DNA of 59,294 nucleotides, the filler included, from Squatina squatina (Eukaryota), in the NCBI GenBank assembly GCA_031763465.1. It is 3 parts of 3 records of this genome, joined end to end, with 100 filler letters (N's around TTAATTAATTAA, not from the genome) between each part and the next. Parts side by side here need not be neighbours in the genome. Positions count along the whole stretch, not along the records: positions 1 to 17,323 come from JARFOE010000234.1; positions 17,424 to 46,575 come from JARFOE010000013.1; 1 more part is not named here. One strand, given 5' to 3'. Under the pieces are notes generated by a model. It was not told the DNA's origin. It searched no databases and saw nothing but the letters and a program-made list of their open reading frames with translations. The translations under genes and the position numbers were made by a program. This document shows, in pieces, positions 13,273-25,274 of this stretch (position 1 is the first letter of the stretch; each line of letters opens with the position of its first letter).

Positions 13273-14650
13273 AGTTTTAAAAGTTTTGTATTTTTAATTT
13301 ATTAAAAATTTATTGTTAATGTAGTAAAGCTACTCTGGTATTTCACCGATACCATCACCATATGTGTTGATTTACATGTCAAAGTATAAGCTAAAAACAC
13401 ACAGAACTGGCCAGCTCAGCAAAACAGTACAATGTAAGGGTTTCTTATTCAGCATAACCTCATTTAGCAAATTTATAATTGGAAAGACTGTACAGCTGAA
13501 ACAATTAATTTTTAAAATAGTACTATAGGAAGTTACCTCAGCCAGCTCCTGCCACAAGAAGCAATTTTTAAATTGCTGTAATTTACTTCTATACCTAGAG
13601 ATCACTATTACAAATTAAGGGAGAAAGCCAATATTTCTATACTGAAATTCAGTTTTTTTGGTCATACATTTTGGAGCTGCAAACACAATAGCATTTCAAA
13701 GTATTATTCAACAGTGACATAGCTGCATAACAATGATGACATTAATGTTTATATATAATGGCTAGAGTTGTCAAGAAGAACTTGTCTGACGTCATCCTAG
13801 CTTGAGAGGTGTAAATGCAATCAGCTGAATATGAACAAGAAAGAAGTGCTTTGTCTTGTTGGTATTCTGGCAGACTCAGTCTTTTCCTTCATTTCTATGT
13901 TTATGCTAATATGACGACTCTAGAGAAAAGTACATCAAGATGATTAATGTAAGTGTTTTTAAAGCACAGCACATTGAATGATTATAGTATTGGTGCTGCA
14001 ACTGAGGTTGACTAGTATTTGTTTATGCCTCATGAGACTATTTGTAATATAAGAAACTGGAAATAAACACATTCTAACTTGAAGATCCTTTTGGTTTCAC
14101 CCTCAGAGGCATGTAACAACATTCTTCACATTGCCATTGCAATACTCAGCCATTTTTATTTCATTTGCAATGAAACACATGTAGTTGGCTCTCAATGTGC
14201 CACGAAGCTCACAATGTTATTTGTGTGTACAGTGGTGCTGTTCTGGGCTATGCAGCAAACTTCTGTGCTGTGGCTGTATTTCCCCTCAGAAAACCCAAAT
14301 AGAAAATGCTACCAAACTAAATAATCATCCAATACTTGCAATTTGAAAATTGGGTGCTTGCTGCAAAGCTTTGATTGGCTGCTGCATGTTACTCTCATTT
14401 ATAGTATAGTGCATATATAAAAAAATAATTATAAGTACAAAATTTTTCCCAATAACTTAGTGGGTAAGGTGAGCTACCCAGTGTGTGGCAATATAGAGGA
14501 TAGATGGTGCTCGGTTGTCTCTCTGGTCTGTGCCACGTTGGGTGAAGCGCNNNNNNNNNNNNNNNNNNNNNNNNNNNNNNNNNNNNNNNNNNNNNNNNNN
14601 NNNNNNNNNNNNNNNNNNNNNNNNNNNNNNNNNNNNNNNNNNNNNNNNNN

Positions 14651-15285
14651 TTCCCTCTCTTCTGTCTCCCTGCTCAAGTTCTCATCCCCCTGCCATTCTA
14701 GTTTAAACCCTCCCCGACAGTACTAGCAAGCACCTCCACGAGGATATCGGTCCCCATCTTGCCTGGGTGTAACCCATTCGGCTTGTACAGGTTCCACCTT
14801 CCCCAGAACCAGTCCCAAAGTCTCAGGAAACTAAATTCCTCCCGCTTACACGATCTCTCCAGCCACCTATTCATCTGATCTATCATCATATTTCTGCTCT
14901 CGCTCGCAAGTGGCACAGGGAGTAATCCTGAGATTACTACCTTTGAGGTCCTGCTTTTTAATTTATCTCCTAACTCCTTATATTCAGCTTGCAGGACCTC
15001 ATCCCTTTTTTTTAAAAACCTGTGTCGTGGGTACCGATATGTAGCATGACCACTGGCTGTTCTCCCTCCCCCTCCAGAATGCCCTGCAGCCGCTTCGTGA
15101 CATCCTTGACCCTAGCACCAAGGAGGCAACTTACCACCCTGGAGTCACATCTGCGGCCACAAGAAAACGCCTATCTATTCCCCTTATGATAGAATCACCT
15201 ATCACTATAGCTCTCCCACTCTTCTTCCTCCCCTCCGGTGCAGCTGAGCCACTCGTGGTGCCATGGACTTGGCTGTTGCTGCATT
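14651..15285 (-). mobile_element. CR1 ORF1 (SGNH/GDSL esterase domain) fragment and ORF1/ORF2 junction
   Basis: RAIVIGDSIIRGIDRRF (GDS block) and FWGRWNLYKPNGLH...GEGLN* (decayed DGLH block), with frameshifts between them. Confidence 0.88.
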
Positions 15286-16319
15286 CCGAATAGAGGAGAG
15301 AAAACAAGTGTGAAAAAAGAAAAGGAAACATGCTCCAGTTCCCTTATCATAAGTAAGTATACTAAAATAATGGCCAGGATTGTTTAAAAAAAAGCTTGGA
15401 GGAAGAGTGCACCGAGCCCATGTCAGTGGGCAGCCTCAATATGCTGAAAGTCCCTCAACAGCTGTTCCAGCGCTGTTAGAAGATGTTGCAGTGAACGGAA
15501 TCAGCATAAACAAATAAATCAACCCAAAGCACTCTGCAAAAGGGGAGAAGACCTTGATTTAAAAGAACAATGTAGCCTACTGAATGACTGTACAGCAAGA
15601 GGGAGTCGATTCATCGTTTAAATTCCAATCATTAATTAATTTATATGTTCCATAAGTGGAGTGGACTTGAAGCAGTGATTTGCGGTGAGATTTCACTGTA
15701 ATGCGATTTTAATTGTGATAAGCGCATTACCTACTGTGCAATAATACTAAACTAACATTAAAGTAAATGGATATCAAAATGTTAGAAAAAAAAGGTCTTA
15801 ACTTAGTCTTACTATGGCAATTTTCCTGTTCAAAGGTCTTTTGAACATATATTAGGCATAACGATAGGTTTAAAGAGCATTTCATGCACAATTAACTTTA
15901 TGCATATGGTAGTGTGTAATGAAATGTTCTGTAAAATAGCATAGTTCTTGCACTGAAAACCAATGCTGAACATTAAGCTGTTTACAAAAGCAGCAAAGGT
16001 CTATTCTGTCTTAACTTGGGTTAATTTTAACTATTTCTGCTGGCACAAGAAACAACTCAGACAAGCATTAATATTGATAATAATATCCCACTATATTTTG
16101 AAATCTAGGGGACACAATTGGATTGCGCCACGCTGGCAACTTAAGCTGCTGAACAGGGCTGGTTTTTGCACCATTTCTGCTTCGTTGCCTTAAGCTGCGG
16201 TATTGGCCTCTTAAAAAAAAATTTTAGGCGGGGTCTAAATGGGGCTGTAAATCAGTGTAACTGGGTGCAGGTGTGGTGCTAAGTGGGTGAGAAGACCAAT
16301 TTACTGAACGCGGACACCC

Positions 16320-16387
16320 GGTGCGGAGGGGAGAAGGGCGGTCGGAGGATCTCCTCGTGAACCTGCTCCTGGGCCTGGCCAAGCTGT
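16320..16387 (+). mobile_element. Tx1/L1-clade ORF2 C-terminal fragment
   Basis: Reads RRGEGRSEDLLVNLLLGLAKL and is truncated by a gap. Confidence 0.6.
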
Positions 16388-17323
16388 NNNNNNNNNNNNN
16401 NNNNNNNNNNNNNNNNNNNNNNNNNNNNNNNNNNNNNNNNNNNNNNNNNNNNNNNNNNNNNNNNNNNNNNNNNNNNNNNNNNNNNNNCATTTTGATTTTG
16501 ATTAAGTCAAAGTAAATTAAAATCAGGAGAGATGTATAATCGATAGCACCCATTTTCTACTACCTTGTTTTAAGGGAGACTATGTACACCGATTCTTCTG
16601 GTCAAAAATAAATATCTGCTCGTTTATGCACCCTCAGACCATTTGAATAATATTTACATAATAATTTCTTTCCTTCTCTGCACTTGGAGGGAAAATTGAC
16701 ATATCACACGTTTACACAAATCCATTTGTGACAGTGAGGGGTGGGTCACTGTTNNNNNNNNNNTTCACAATTCTTACTTATCCCTGGTTGCGTGCTCGTT
16801 GGCAGTCTAAGCCAAAAAAAGATTAATCAGGTCTCTTTAATACCTGGAGATCATAATTCAAATTGAGCCCAGCTGCAGCTGTTTCTAACATGAAATGAGT
16901 TGCTCTTAGTCTTCATTTACCCCAGTAAAAATAAATAAGCGATACAAATTATTAGGCTCAAAATCTCTCGCATGGTGCAAGGCTTGTGGTATTCAGTCAC
17001 AATGTTAATGCCGCAGGATTGTATCAACTAAATCTATAGCTTCACTGTATTTGTGAAATTGTGTCCTTTGATGTCTTTTGTATTGAATTTGCCAAATTTA
17101 TATTGTTTTCTGCCTGGCTGTGAGGACATTCATGGCCTCTTAGATTTGATTATCTGTAAGGAAAATTCACCAAATCTAATTCCCTCCATAGATTCCAGCT
17201 TCAGGTAATGCTGCGTAAAACCAAAGAGAATAATATGCCCAGAATAATGTTTCTCATTTTGTACTGCAGTCCTTAAAACTCCCCCCCAAAACTTTAGAAA
17301 ATAGATGTCAGCAATTTGGGACT

Positions 17324-17423
17324 NNNNNNNNNNNNNNNNNNNNNNNNNNNNNNNNNNNNNNNNNNNNTTAATTAATTAANNNNNNNNNNNNNNNNNNNNN
17401 NNNNNNNNNNNNNNNNNNNNNNN
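17324..17423. other. Artificial contig/scaffold-join linker
   Basis: 44 N + TTAATTAATTAA (17368-17379; stops in all six frames) + 44 N. An identical construct sits at 46576-46675. Confidence 0.97.
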
Positions 17424-18600
17424 GTGTTGAGCTTCATTAGAACAATGTACAAGGCCAATGTCATGGAGATCAGAGTGGGATGGAGAATTGAAATGGCAAG
17501 CAACAGTGAGCTTCAGAGGTCTCACATATGGACAGAACAGAGGTGTTTAGCAATAATGTGTGTTTGGTTTTCCTGATTAGAGGAGACTGAGCAACAAACA
17601 CCGTATACTAGGTTGGAAGAAGTACATGTAAATGGCTGTCTCACAGAAGGAACGTTTCACAGCCCGACAATGATGTGTGATGAGGTGAATGAGCAGGTGT
17701 TGCATCTCCTACTCTTGCATGGTAAGATTCCAGGGGATGGAGAACAGGTGCTGGAAGAGTGAACCGAGATGTCAAGGAGGGAGGGGAAGATGCATTTGGT
17801 GGTGGCAGAAAGTAATCGGTCAAATGCAGAGACTGGTGTGGTGGAAGGTGACCCCATCATGAATCTGATAGGGGAGAAGGGGCAAGGGCAGAAGCACAGG
17901 AAGTTGGACAGATGTGGTCAAGCACTCTGTCCACCATGGTGGAGAGGAATCCTTGGCTGAGGGAAAGGAAGGAGCTTTGGAAGGCCTTGGTTGGTAGGTG
18001 GCATCAAAGCAGATTCAGCAAAGATGGAGAAACTGTAAGAAAGGAATGGAGTCCTTACAGGAAGAGGGGTCTAAAGAAATATAATCCATAGTTGAGAGTT
18101 AGGGGACTTGTAATAAATCTCAGTGAACAGTCTATCTCCAGATATAAAGACCTTGAAGGGAAGGGACGATTCAGAAACAGACCACTTTAAAAAGGTGAGG
18201 GAGGAGTGGAAATTTGAAGCAATGAAATCCTCCAGATCAAGGCAAGAGCAGGAGGCACCACTAACAGTCATCTATGTAATGGGAAAAAAAAAATCAGGGA
18301 GTGGACCCAAGAAAGACAGGAACAAAGTGTTCAACATATCCTACAAAAGACAGGCATGGCAAGGACCAATGCAAGTTGCAGCAAAAATTATTACTTGTGA
18401 GAACAAGTTCTGCCAGACAAAGGAGAATGGTGGTATTTGGAGATTGGGTGGGTCGCTGTTCAAGGAGAAGCAGGTCTTCTTGGTGGGGACGGACGTGTAG
18501 AGTAACTGCACTTCCATAGTGAAAATGAGATAGTTCGGGCCAAAAGTGGTTAGTGATTTTTCTCATCCATGGTCTGGGACACAATGGCCAATTGTAGTGC
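17424..18600 (-). mobile_element. Penelope-like retroelement, decayed RT and the Cys linker preceding GIY-YIG
   Basis: LEDFIASNFHSSLTF..WSVSESSLPF..FISGDRLFTEIYYK matches the PLE RT C-terminal part. SPGILPCKSRRCNTCSFTS is the Cys linker typical of PLEs. Many stops and frameshifts. Confidence 0.88.
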
Positions 18601-19081
18601 ATCCATCACTTAGAAGAAATTAGTTAACCCACCACAGACTACAGATTGAACTTGGAAATGTGTTGCTCGTACAGCTTAACACCTTTACCTACCAAACCAA
18701 GCTCATTTTTAATGTAAAATAATGCATGGTAGATAGAAATATCAGATTGGTTTACATGTCTGTTCTACATGTAACATGCAATTTTAGCTCCTTTTAAGTT
18801 GAAAGTAGTATACACCAGAAGGATAGATTTTATGAATTTATACTTTGGCTGCTAATTGACAAAATATTCTGTGCCTAAATTCCCAATATGCTCTGCTGGA
18901 AAGCAAAGTTGTAAAATATACACTTGTGTATAAAGTGTTGCAGTATTGTTACTACAATTAAGGTGCCACTCTAGCACAGCTAAAAAAGTTTAGGACACTG
19001 AATTAATTGTTCATTTAGTGATTTAAGCATTACAGGATGCATCCTCCATTTATAATCAGCTAAAAGAACATTGTATCCTAC

Positions 19082-19193
19082 CTGCCATTGCAAATCCTCC
19101 AATAGGAGTCTCTTGTTGGTGGTCACACACCCATTGTTCACAACACTCCCCTGGCATCTGTACTTGTTTGGGAAATGGGCAATCAGGACCAGG
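19082..19193 (-). CDS. CCN3: CCN3 (NOV) VWC-domain exon, 3' part (5' part lost in gap)
   Basis: The minus strand translates to PGPDCPFPKQVQMPGECCEQWVCDHQQETPIGGFAMA+G, followed by a phase-1 donor GCAG|GTAGGA at 19081. It closely resembles recalled avian NOV (PGPDCPFPRKIEVPGECCEKWVCD...GGFAMA). Adjacency to MAL2 favours CCN3 over CCN2. The supplied ORF track misses it. Confidence 0.9.
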
Positions 19194-20145
19194 NNNNNNN
19201 NNNNNNNNNNNNNNNNNNNNNNNNNNNNNNNNNNNNNNNNNNNNNNNNNNNNNNNNNNNNNNNNNNNNNNNNNNNNNNNNNNNNNNNNNNNNNTCTTAAA
19301 GAGTTAGATGTTAAAATGACTAATATTTACTTTGGACACTTGTATCCTTTAAGTTCCAAGGTGTGATTCATTCTCAATTCTGCCAATAAACATTCCCACT
19401 ATCTGATTTCAGAATTTATGTTTTTGCTCAGTTAACATTTTTTCAGCTTCTGCAAACCACTTCTTAAAATCGTTTAATTTTTCCTTTAATATTTATATAT
19501 TGATGATTATTATTAAAGGTGTCCCTGCCAAAGATGGAAATAATACTTCATTTCCAATGGCATGTCTTTTCCATTTTGTGCAGAAGAATGTTAAAAGCAA
19601 CAAATCAGCAGTGTGTGAAAACAGTGATGTGTTGAATATAAACCTTCTGCCTAGACAAGATCCTATTGAGCAGCCGCCACCAACACAAATATTTTCTCTT
19701 TAAACATCTTCTAACTTGAAGAAGAGGAATGCTGACCTGCTTTGTAAATCTATCAAGAGTGCAGTATCACATGTTTCAACACAAAGTTTAATTGCATATG
19801 CAACACTCTATTCTCTTGTTCTGTCATTTGTTTTACTTCTTGGATCTCTAACTTAATAGATTGTCAATATTTGGCTACTTCTCCATTATCCACTTTGTTT
19901 TCATTTTTTTTAAGGCCAAAGTGCAGAGAAGTCCACAATCCTCTTTGAACAATATAACATCTAGTTGTGCTAGGAATAGCACTGTGTAATATGTCTAAAC
20001 GTGTTTACATGAAATTATTTTGTTCCCTATTTTATGGGTGCACTAACCTGTTTAAGATGGATTAATGTCACCAATATATCATTTAATTGTAGTGTAATTA
20101 GTGGGTTTTGATTTGATTTAATTTAAGATAAGTAAAGGGTAAGTC

Positions 20146-20242
20146 ATGGCAGCACAGCTCGGCCCCGTGGCATGCTCCTGCACTATGTGTGCAGGAAGCG
20201 TATCCAGCTGCAGGTACTGGCTAACTGCATTACGGAGCTAGA
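20146..20242 (+). mobile_element. CR1 ORF1 N-terminal Cys-motif/coiled-coil fragment
   Basis: MAAQLGPVACSC...CRKRIQLQVLANCITEL, internally deleted and ending at a gap. Confidence 0.55.
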
Positions 20243-21182
20243 NNNNNNNNNNNNNNNNNNNNNNNNNNNNNNNNNNNNNNNNNNNNNNNNNNNNNNNNNN
20301 NNNNNNNNNNNNNNNNNNNNNNNNNNNNNNNNNNNNNNNNNNCTGAAAGAATATTAAAATTTCAAGTTAAATATAGTGCTAGCAAAAATTCAATGTTGTT
20401 GCTGCCGTTATGCTTGAGAATTGGAGGTTGGCCATGTCTGCAGCTGAGAGTTAAAGGGGCCAGTGCCCCAACTAAAGTGGGTTTTTCGTAATGTATTCAA
20501 AGAAAATGGAATGACCATTTGGAGTCCATACCTTGTGTGTGTGATGGAGGGGGAGGGTGAAGGGTCAATATTATTTTATTTTACAGAGAAAATTAGAAAG
20601 TTGCTGTGCCATCTCTAAGGTCACAGACACTATGACTGCCACATTGCAAGGACAGAGTGTTGCTGAAGGGTGTTGTGCCCTGAGTAAAGCTGGTCATGAT
20701 GCATTAAAGTTGTACGGTCGTCCTGCATGAACACTAATCAAAGAATACAAAACACTGCTGTGTTTACATGCTGTTGAATAGCATAACATAGTACCTAATC
20801 TAATTAGCTGCACTTTGTAGTCAATACCATTCTGCCCTTTGTAGAAGAATCTATGGAGACACCACTGTGTCAGCCAATGAGTTGGAGGGAGGGCGAGATT
20901 GTGGTTTTATTTTACAGAGTCTCCGAACTCATGACCAAAACTATAGTAAACAGAGTCTCCTGAGTACAGTAGGATTATTTCTCCTGCAGAACGCAATGAG
21001 TGGAGGATAGTTACATAATATAAATGATGTGCATAAAAGCAATGCCAGTTATAGCAGTGCAGTCTCGAGGCGCAATTGCCAGGGAAATTACCCAATCATC
21101 TCCATTATGATTTGACATTAATATGATATTGTAATTGTCACCTAATAAATTATAATTGACATCTCTGCTGCCCATAGCCTAA

Positions 21183-21658
21183 GGCGCACCAACTGCCACT
21201 CGCCCATCACCCCTAAGCTCGCTGATCTACATTGACTCCCGGTCTAGCAGTGCCTCGATTTTAGAATTCTCATTTTTGTTTTCAAATCCCTCCATGGCCT
21301 CACCCCTCCCTGTCTCTGTAACCTCCTCCAGCCCTACAACCCTCCAAGATCTCTGCACTCCTTCAATTCTAGCCTCTCACGCATCCTCGATTTTCATTGC
21401 TCCATCGTTAGCGGCCGTTCCTTCAGTTGCCTCGGCCCTTATCTCTGTAATTCCCTCCCTAAACCTTTCCACCACTCTACTCTTCTCTCTCTTCCTTCAT
21501 GTTTCTCCTTAAAACCTACCTTTTTTGACCAAGCTTTTGGCCATCTGTTCCAATATTTGTTAGGTGGCTCGGTATCATATTCTGTTTGATAATGCTCCTG
21601 TGAAGCACCTTGGGATGTTTTACTCTGCTAAAAATGCTATATAAATGCAAGTTGTTAT
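21183..21658 (+). mobile_element. L2-clade LINE 3' end
   Basis: ITPKLADLH*LPV*QCLDFRILIFVFKSLHGLTPPCLCNLLQPY (the LHWLPV motif), followed by the tail gtgaagcaccttgggatgtttt...gctatataaatgcaagttgtt. Confidence 0.88.
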
Positions 21659-21961
21659 CCTTATTTTAAAACTTAATTTAAAAGTTTTTCTACATATTAA
21701 TGATCTGCTATTTAAATAATCTTCAGTACAATCCTACATGTGGAATAGTTTTGATTTTACTGATTCTGTTTCAATAACATTTGTCATCCCGTCCATTGCT
21801 CCTTTGCAATCCCACAAGCGATCAAGACAAATGGGCTGATACATAACTTGGTCTCAAACTAGCTTTGGAGTGGTCAGTTAAAATGAAGTCATACTTTGTA
21901 TTCAAATGATCTTGTGTGAATAGTTTAAAAGCACTGAAAAAGTTCTAGTTTTAAAATATAC

Positions 21962-22674
21962 TGGCCCAGGATTGATGGCAAAACAGACAGCAACTTCCGA
22001 CATCTGCACATTTGCAGCTAAACACGAAAATCCGGAAGTTGCTGCCAGTGATTCCCCGCCTCTCCACAGGGTGCTCTGTTCAAGTCCTTGCAGATGGAAA
22101 TCTTAGAAATCACTTGAATTGATGTGAACTTCTACTTTTTATGCTCTAATCTCACTGTAAAAGTCCCTGAAAAGGTTGAGTTGTGGAATGAGGAGTAACT
22201 GGGTTTTTAACAGCATACTAAGTCATAATTAATGCTGAACAACCTCTCTGGCCATGAAAAACTTTTTTTTATAAGTATGGCGTCTCATTCCCTCAGATGA
22301 ACATGCAGATTTTGTAAACAATAAATTTTTTTTTAGATTTTTTAAAAAGATTGTTTTATGATATTTAAGCTTTTTCCTTAATCCCATGTGTATATCTCAA
22401 TCTTTATTTTGCTTTCTGTACAATGAATTAAATGTGAATAATATTCCCTGCTTTTTACTTCTTGCTTTGTTGGCTGTGAGAATTCTTCAATCTGATTGGC
22501 TGATCAGCCTTCCTGACCTGCTGGTCGCAGAAGCCCTATAGATGGCGTCAAACTCAAAATGACATCAGAAATGAGGAAATCTATGCTCTAAAACCCGCTA
22601 AATTTTTGTGGGCAGCTTTTTGAGGTCAGTGGCGAACGTTGTCCCTTCGCCGCTGACCGCAAAATCTGTGCCAT
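21962..22674. mobile_element. Non-autonomous DNA transposon (MITE-like)
   Basis: Degenerate inverted ends (TGGCCCAGGATTG / CAAAATCTGTGCCA) and an internal cagcaacttcc...ggaagttgctg inverted pair. A related copy lies in the opposite orientation at 55300-55790. Confidence 0.55.
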
Positions 22675-23355
22675 TATACTGAAGGTAGAGAATCCAATTT
22701 GTTCTGACTATTGTCTGCCTTTTCTTGTGTGGTGGCCCTTGCAGGCAACTATTACTGGTATCATTTTAGTTTTTCATTGAACTATATTTAGCAGTGATAA
22801 GCTAAAAAAGAGCTTGTTATACTTTGATTCTGTCAGCTCTCTACAGTAACAAGGGATGTCATTCTATTAGCGCCCATGGACTTTTTGTTTCCCTTTAGCT
22901 ACAAACAGGGGACATAAAAGCTTATGAAAATTAATTTCTCCCTTGCGTGCACTTCTTTTGAATTTGATTCAGGGATGCAGCCTGAATTTTCACTTCATCT
23001 AAAGAATAAAGATGGAAGAAATAGGGGTTAATTGGGAGAGGAAAGAATGAGAACTAAGTATGATTGATGAAGCCCTACGATTCTTTTTTTGGCTCCGGCA
23101 TTTGGATTGGTGTCTGGTTTGTAGCAGCCTCCCTAGCTGGCAGTTTGCCACCACCACTTCTGGGTTGGCTTAACTGCAAAACATTCCATTATGGCTCTCA
23201 GGGCTTCAATTTGTGATTCATTTCCATCAGCCTTCTTCCATTATATAACCTACAGNNNNNNNNNNNNNNNNNNNNNNNNNNNNNNNNNNNNNNNNNNNNN
23301 NNNNNNNNNNNNNNNNNNNNNNNNNNNNNNNNNNNNNNNNNNNNNNNNNNNNNNN

Positions 23356-23668
23356 GTTTAAATCTCTCCATGGTCACACCCCCTTCTATCTATGTAACCT
23401 CCACGAGTACTACAACTCTCCCAAACTCACTGTTCCTCTAACTCCGACCTCTTGTTCATTCTCCCTTCTTTTGCCTCAATTTGGGGTTCAGCTGCCAAGG
23501 TCCCAGCTTGTGGAATTCCCTCCACTTCCCTCTGCTCCTTTAAGACCCTCCTTAAAACCCACTTCTTTTAGTTACCAATCCTGATCTCTCCTTCAGTAGA
23601 TCAGAGTCCATTTTCCTTATACTTCTGCGAAACACCTCAGGACATTTTTCTACATTAACATTGTTGTT
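23356..23668 (+). mobile_element. L2 LINE 3' end, more decayed copy
   Basis: Homologous to 21270-21658 (FKSLHGHTPFYLCNL..., cctccttaaaaccc, gaaacacctcaggacattttt). Confidence 0.7.
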
Positions 23669-23674
23669 AATAAA

Positions 23675-23830
23675 GAACAAATTTACATTTATATAGCACT
23701 TTTTATGATCCCAGGTCACCCAAAGCACTTCATAGCCAAAGAAGTACTTTTGAAGTGCAGGCACTGTTGAAATGTAGGAAAATGTGGCAGTCAATTTACG
23801 CTCATCAAGCTCCCACAAACAACAAGGAGT
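23675..23830 (-). mobile_element. DeuSINE 3' half
   Basis: The reverse complement gives TGTTTGTGGGAGCTTG...TTTCCTACATTTCAACAGTG..CACTTCAAAAGTACTTC...GCTATATAAATGTAA, matching the recalled DeuSINE central/3' sequence. Confidence 0.75.
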
Positions 23831-25274
23831 TAAAATAACAAACAAAACCCCATTACTGAAGGAATTTTGTCCCCTGAAACACTGAAAAATGCTGTCACAC
23901 TTAGCTGAGGCTCCTCAGCCTGAGACCACAGACTAAGCCTTAGAACATGCCAGCTTCAACCTCAGGCTAAGCTCCAACACAGGGTTTGTATACAGCAGGG
24001 ATCTGTACTATCAAGGAGACTAAGGGGTAAAAATCAGATCTCATTGCGCCTGTTCTGTGGGTTTAAAACAGGTGCATCAAGGGCAAATTTCTGGGGACTG
24101 TCCTCTCCCACAAGGATGCCTGAAAGACATCAGAATAAATATTAGATCTGGCCATTTTTCAGTAGTCAAGGGCTGGTAAATGTTGAGTCTTGCATATGTT
24201 AATGAGGGGCCTAACATCTGTTTTAGGACCCCTCTGCCAAATTGGATTTCCTGGAGTAGAGCAGGTGCTGGGCCTGCCCCACTCAGCATTTCCTGTTGTG
24301 GATGCAGCCTCGCAAGTGGCCACCACCAAAAAGAGAAGTACATGATTTTTCACAACTTAATGTGGAGCCAGGAGGAGCAGGAGTGCTTCTCCTAGCTATA
24401 TAGCACTCCTGAGGACCACTGCTGGTCCCAATTAACCCTCCTTCCATTGTTCTCTCCCCAGGGGTCCAAAACTGATTGCTTGGAAATGAGCCAGCTGTCT
24501 CTGGAGGTCTCCAGTATTGAAATGAGGCCTGAGGCCCAATTTAGGGCAAGTATCAGGCCTCCTGGTTCAGGCACATGCTGTGTGTGCCTAAAATAGTCCA
24601 TAACCAATTTCTCTCCTCTAGACTCATATCCTCTCTGGCTGGCTACAGTAAAACAGAATCCATTAGTCACCTCTTTGGTTCCAGAAACTACATCAAGAAA
24701 AAATTCACTGGAAAATTCATTAATTATAGTGTTGAGATCTGGTAGTGACGTTGTAAATTATTTGAAGTTATGTGTTGTCTCAGCAACACATAGAACAGTG
24801 CAGGTTTCAGTCAGAACACCAGCTAAAGCCAGACCTCCCTAAAGCCACACACTGTCTGGGCTTATTTTAATTCCTTTGAAAGTATGTCTGCTTTTTTTTG
24901 CTAAGATGCTTAAGGATAAGATTATGGGGCTAATTCAGCATCTAGACATAAACACTTAACTATGTGGCAACCAGCCATACAGAGAAGTGAATGAGTACAT
25001 CACCAAAACAGTCCTGCATGGCCAATAACTGTACAAATTGGCTAGATTAGTGTTGGAGTGTCATTCAACTTGAACGAAGGAACAGAAAGTTACAGAACCT
25101 AGTCCAATAAATGGTATAAAGGCCATAGATTAAAAACGGTTACTTGTTATTCTATCTGCCTATGGAATAGAGCTNNNNNNNNNNNNNNNNNNNNNNNNNN
25201 NNNNNNNNNNNNNNNNNNNNNNNNNNNNNNNNNNNNNNNNNNNNNNNNNNNNNNNNNNNNNNNNNNNNNNNNNN

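Noticed and set aside
20587-20730. Acceptor followed by ...LKLYGRPA resembling ENPP2
   Set aside because: A stop follows immediately, the upstream residues do not match, and the position is on the wrong side of CCN3.
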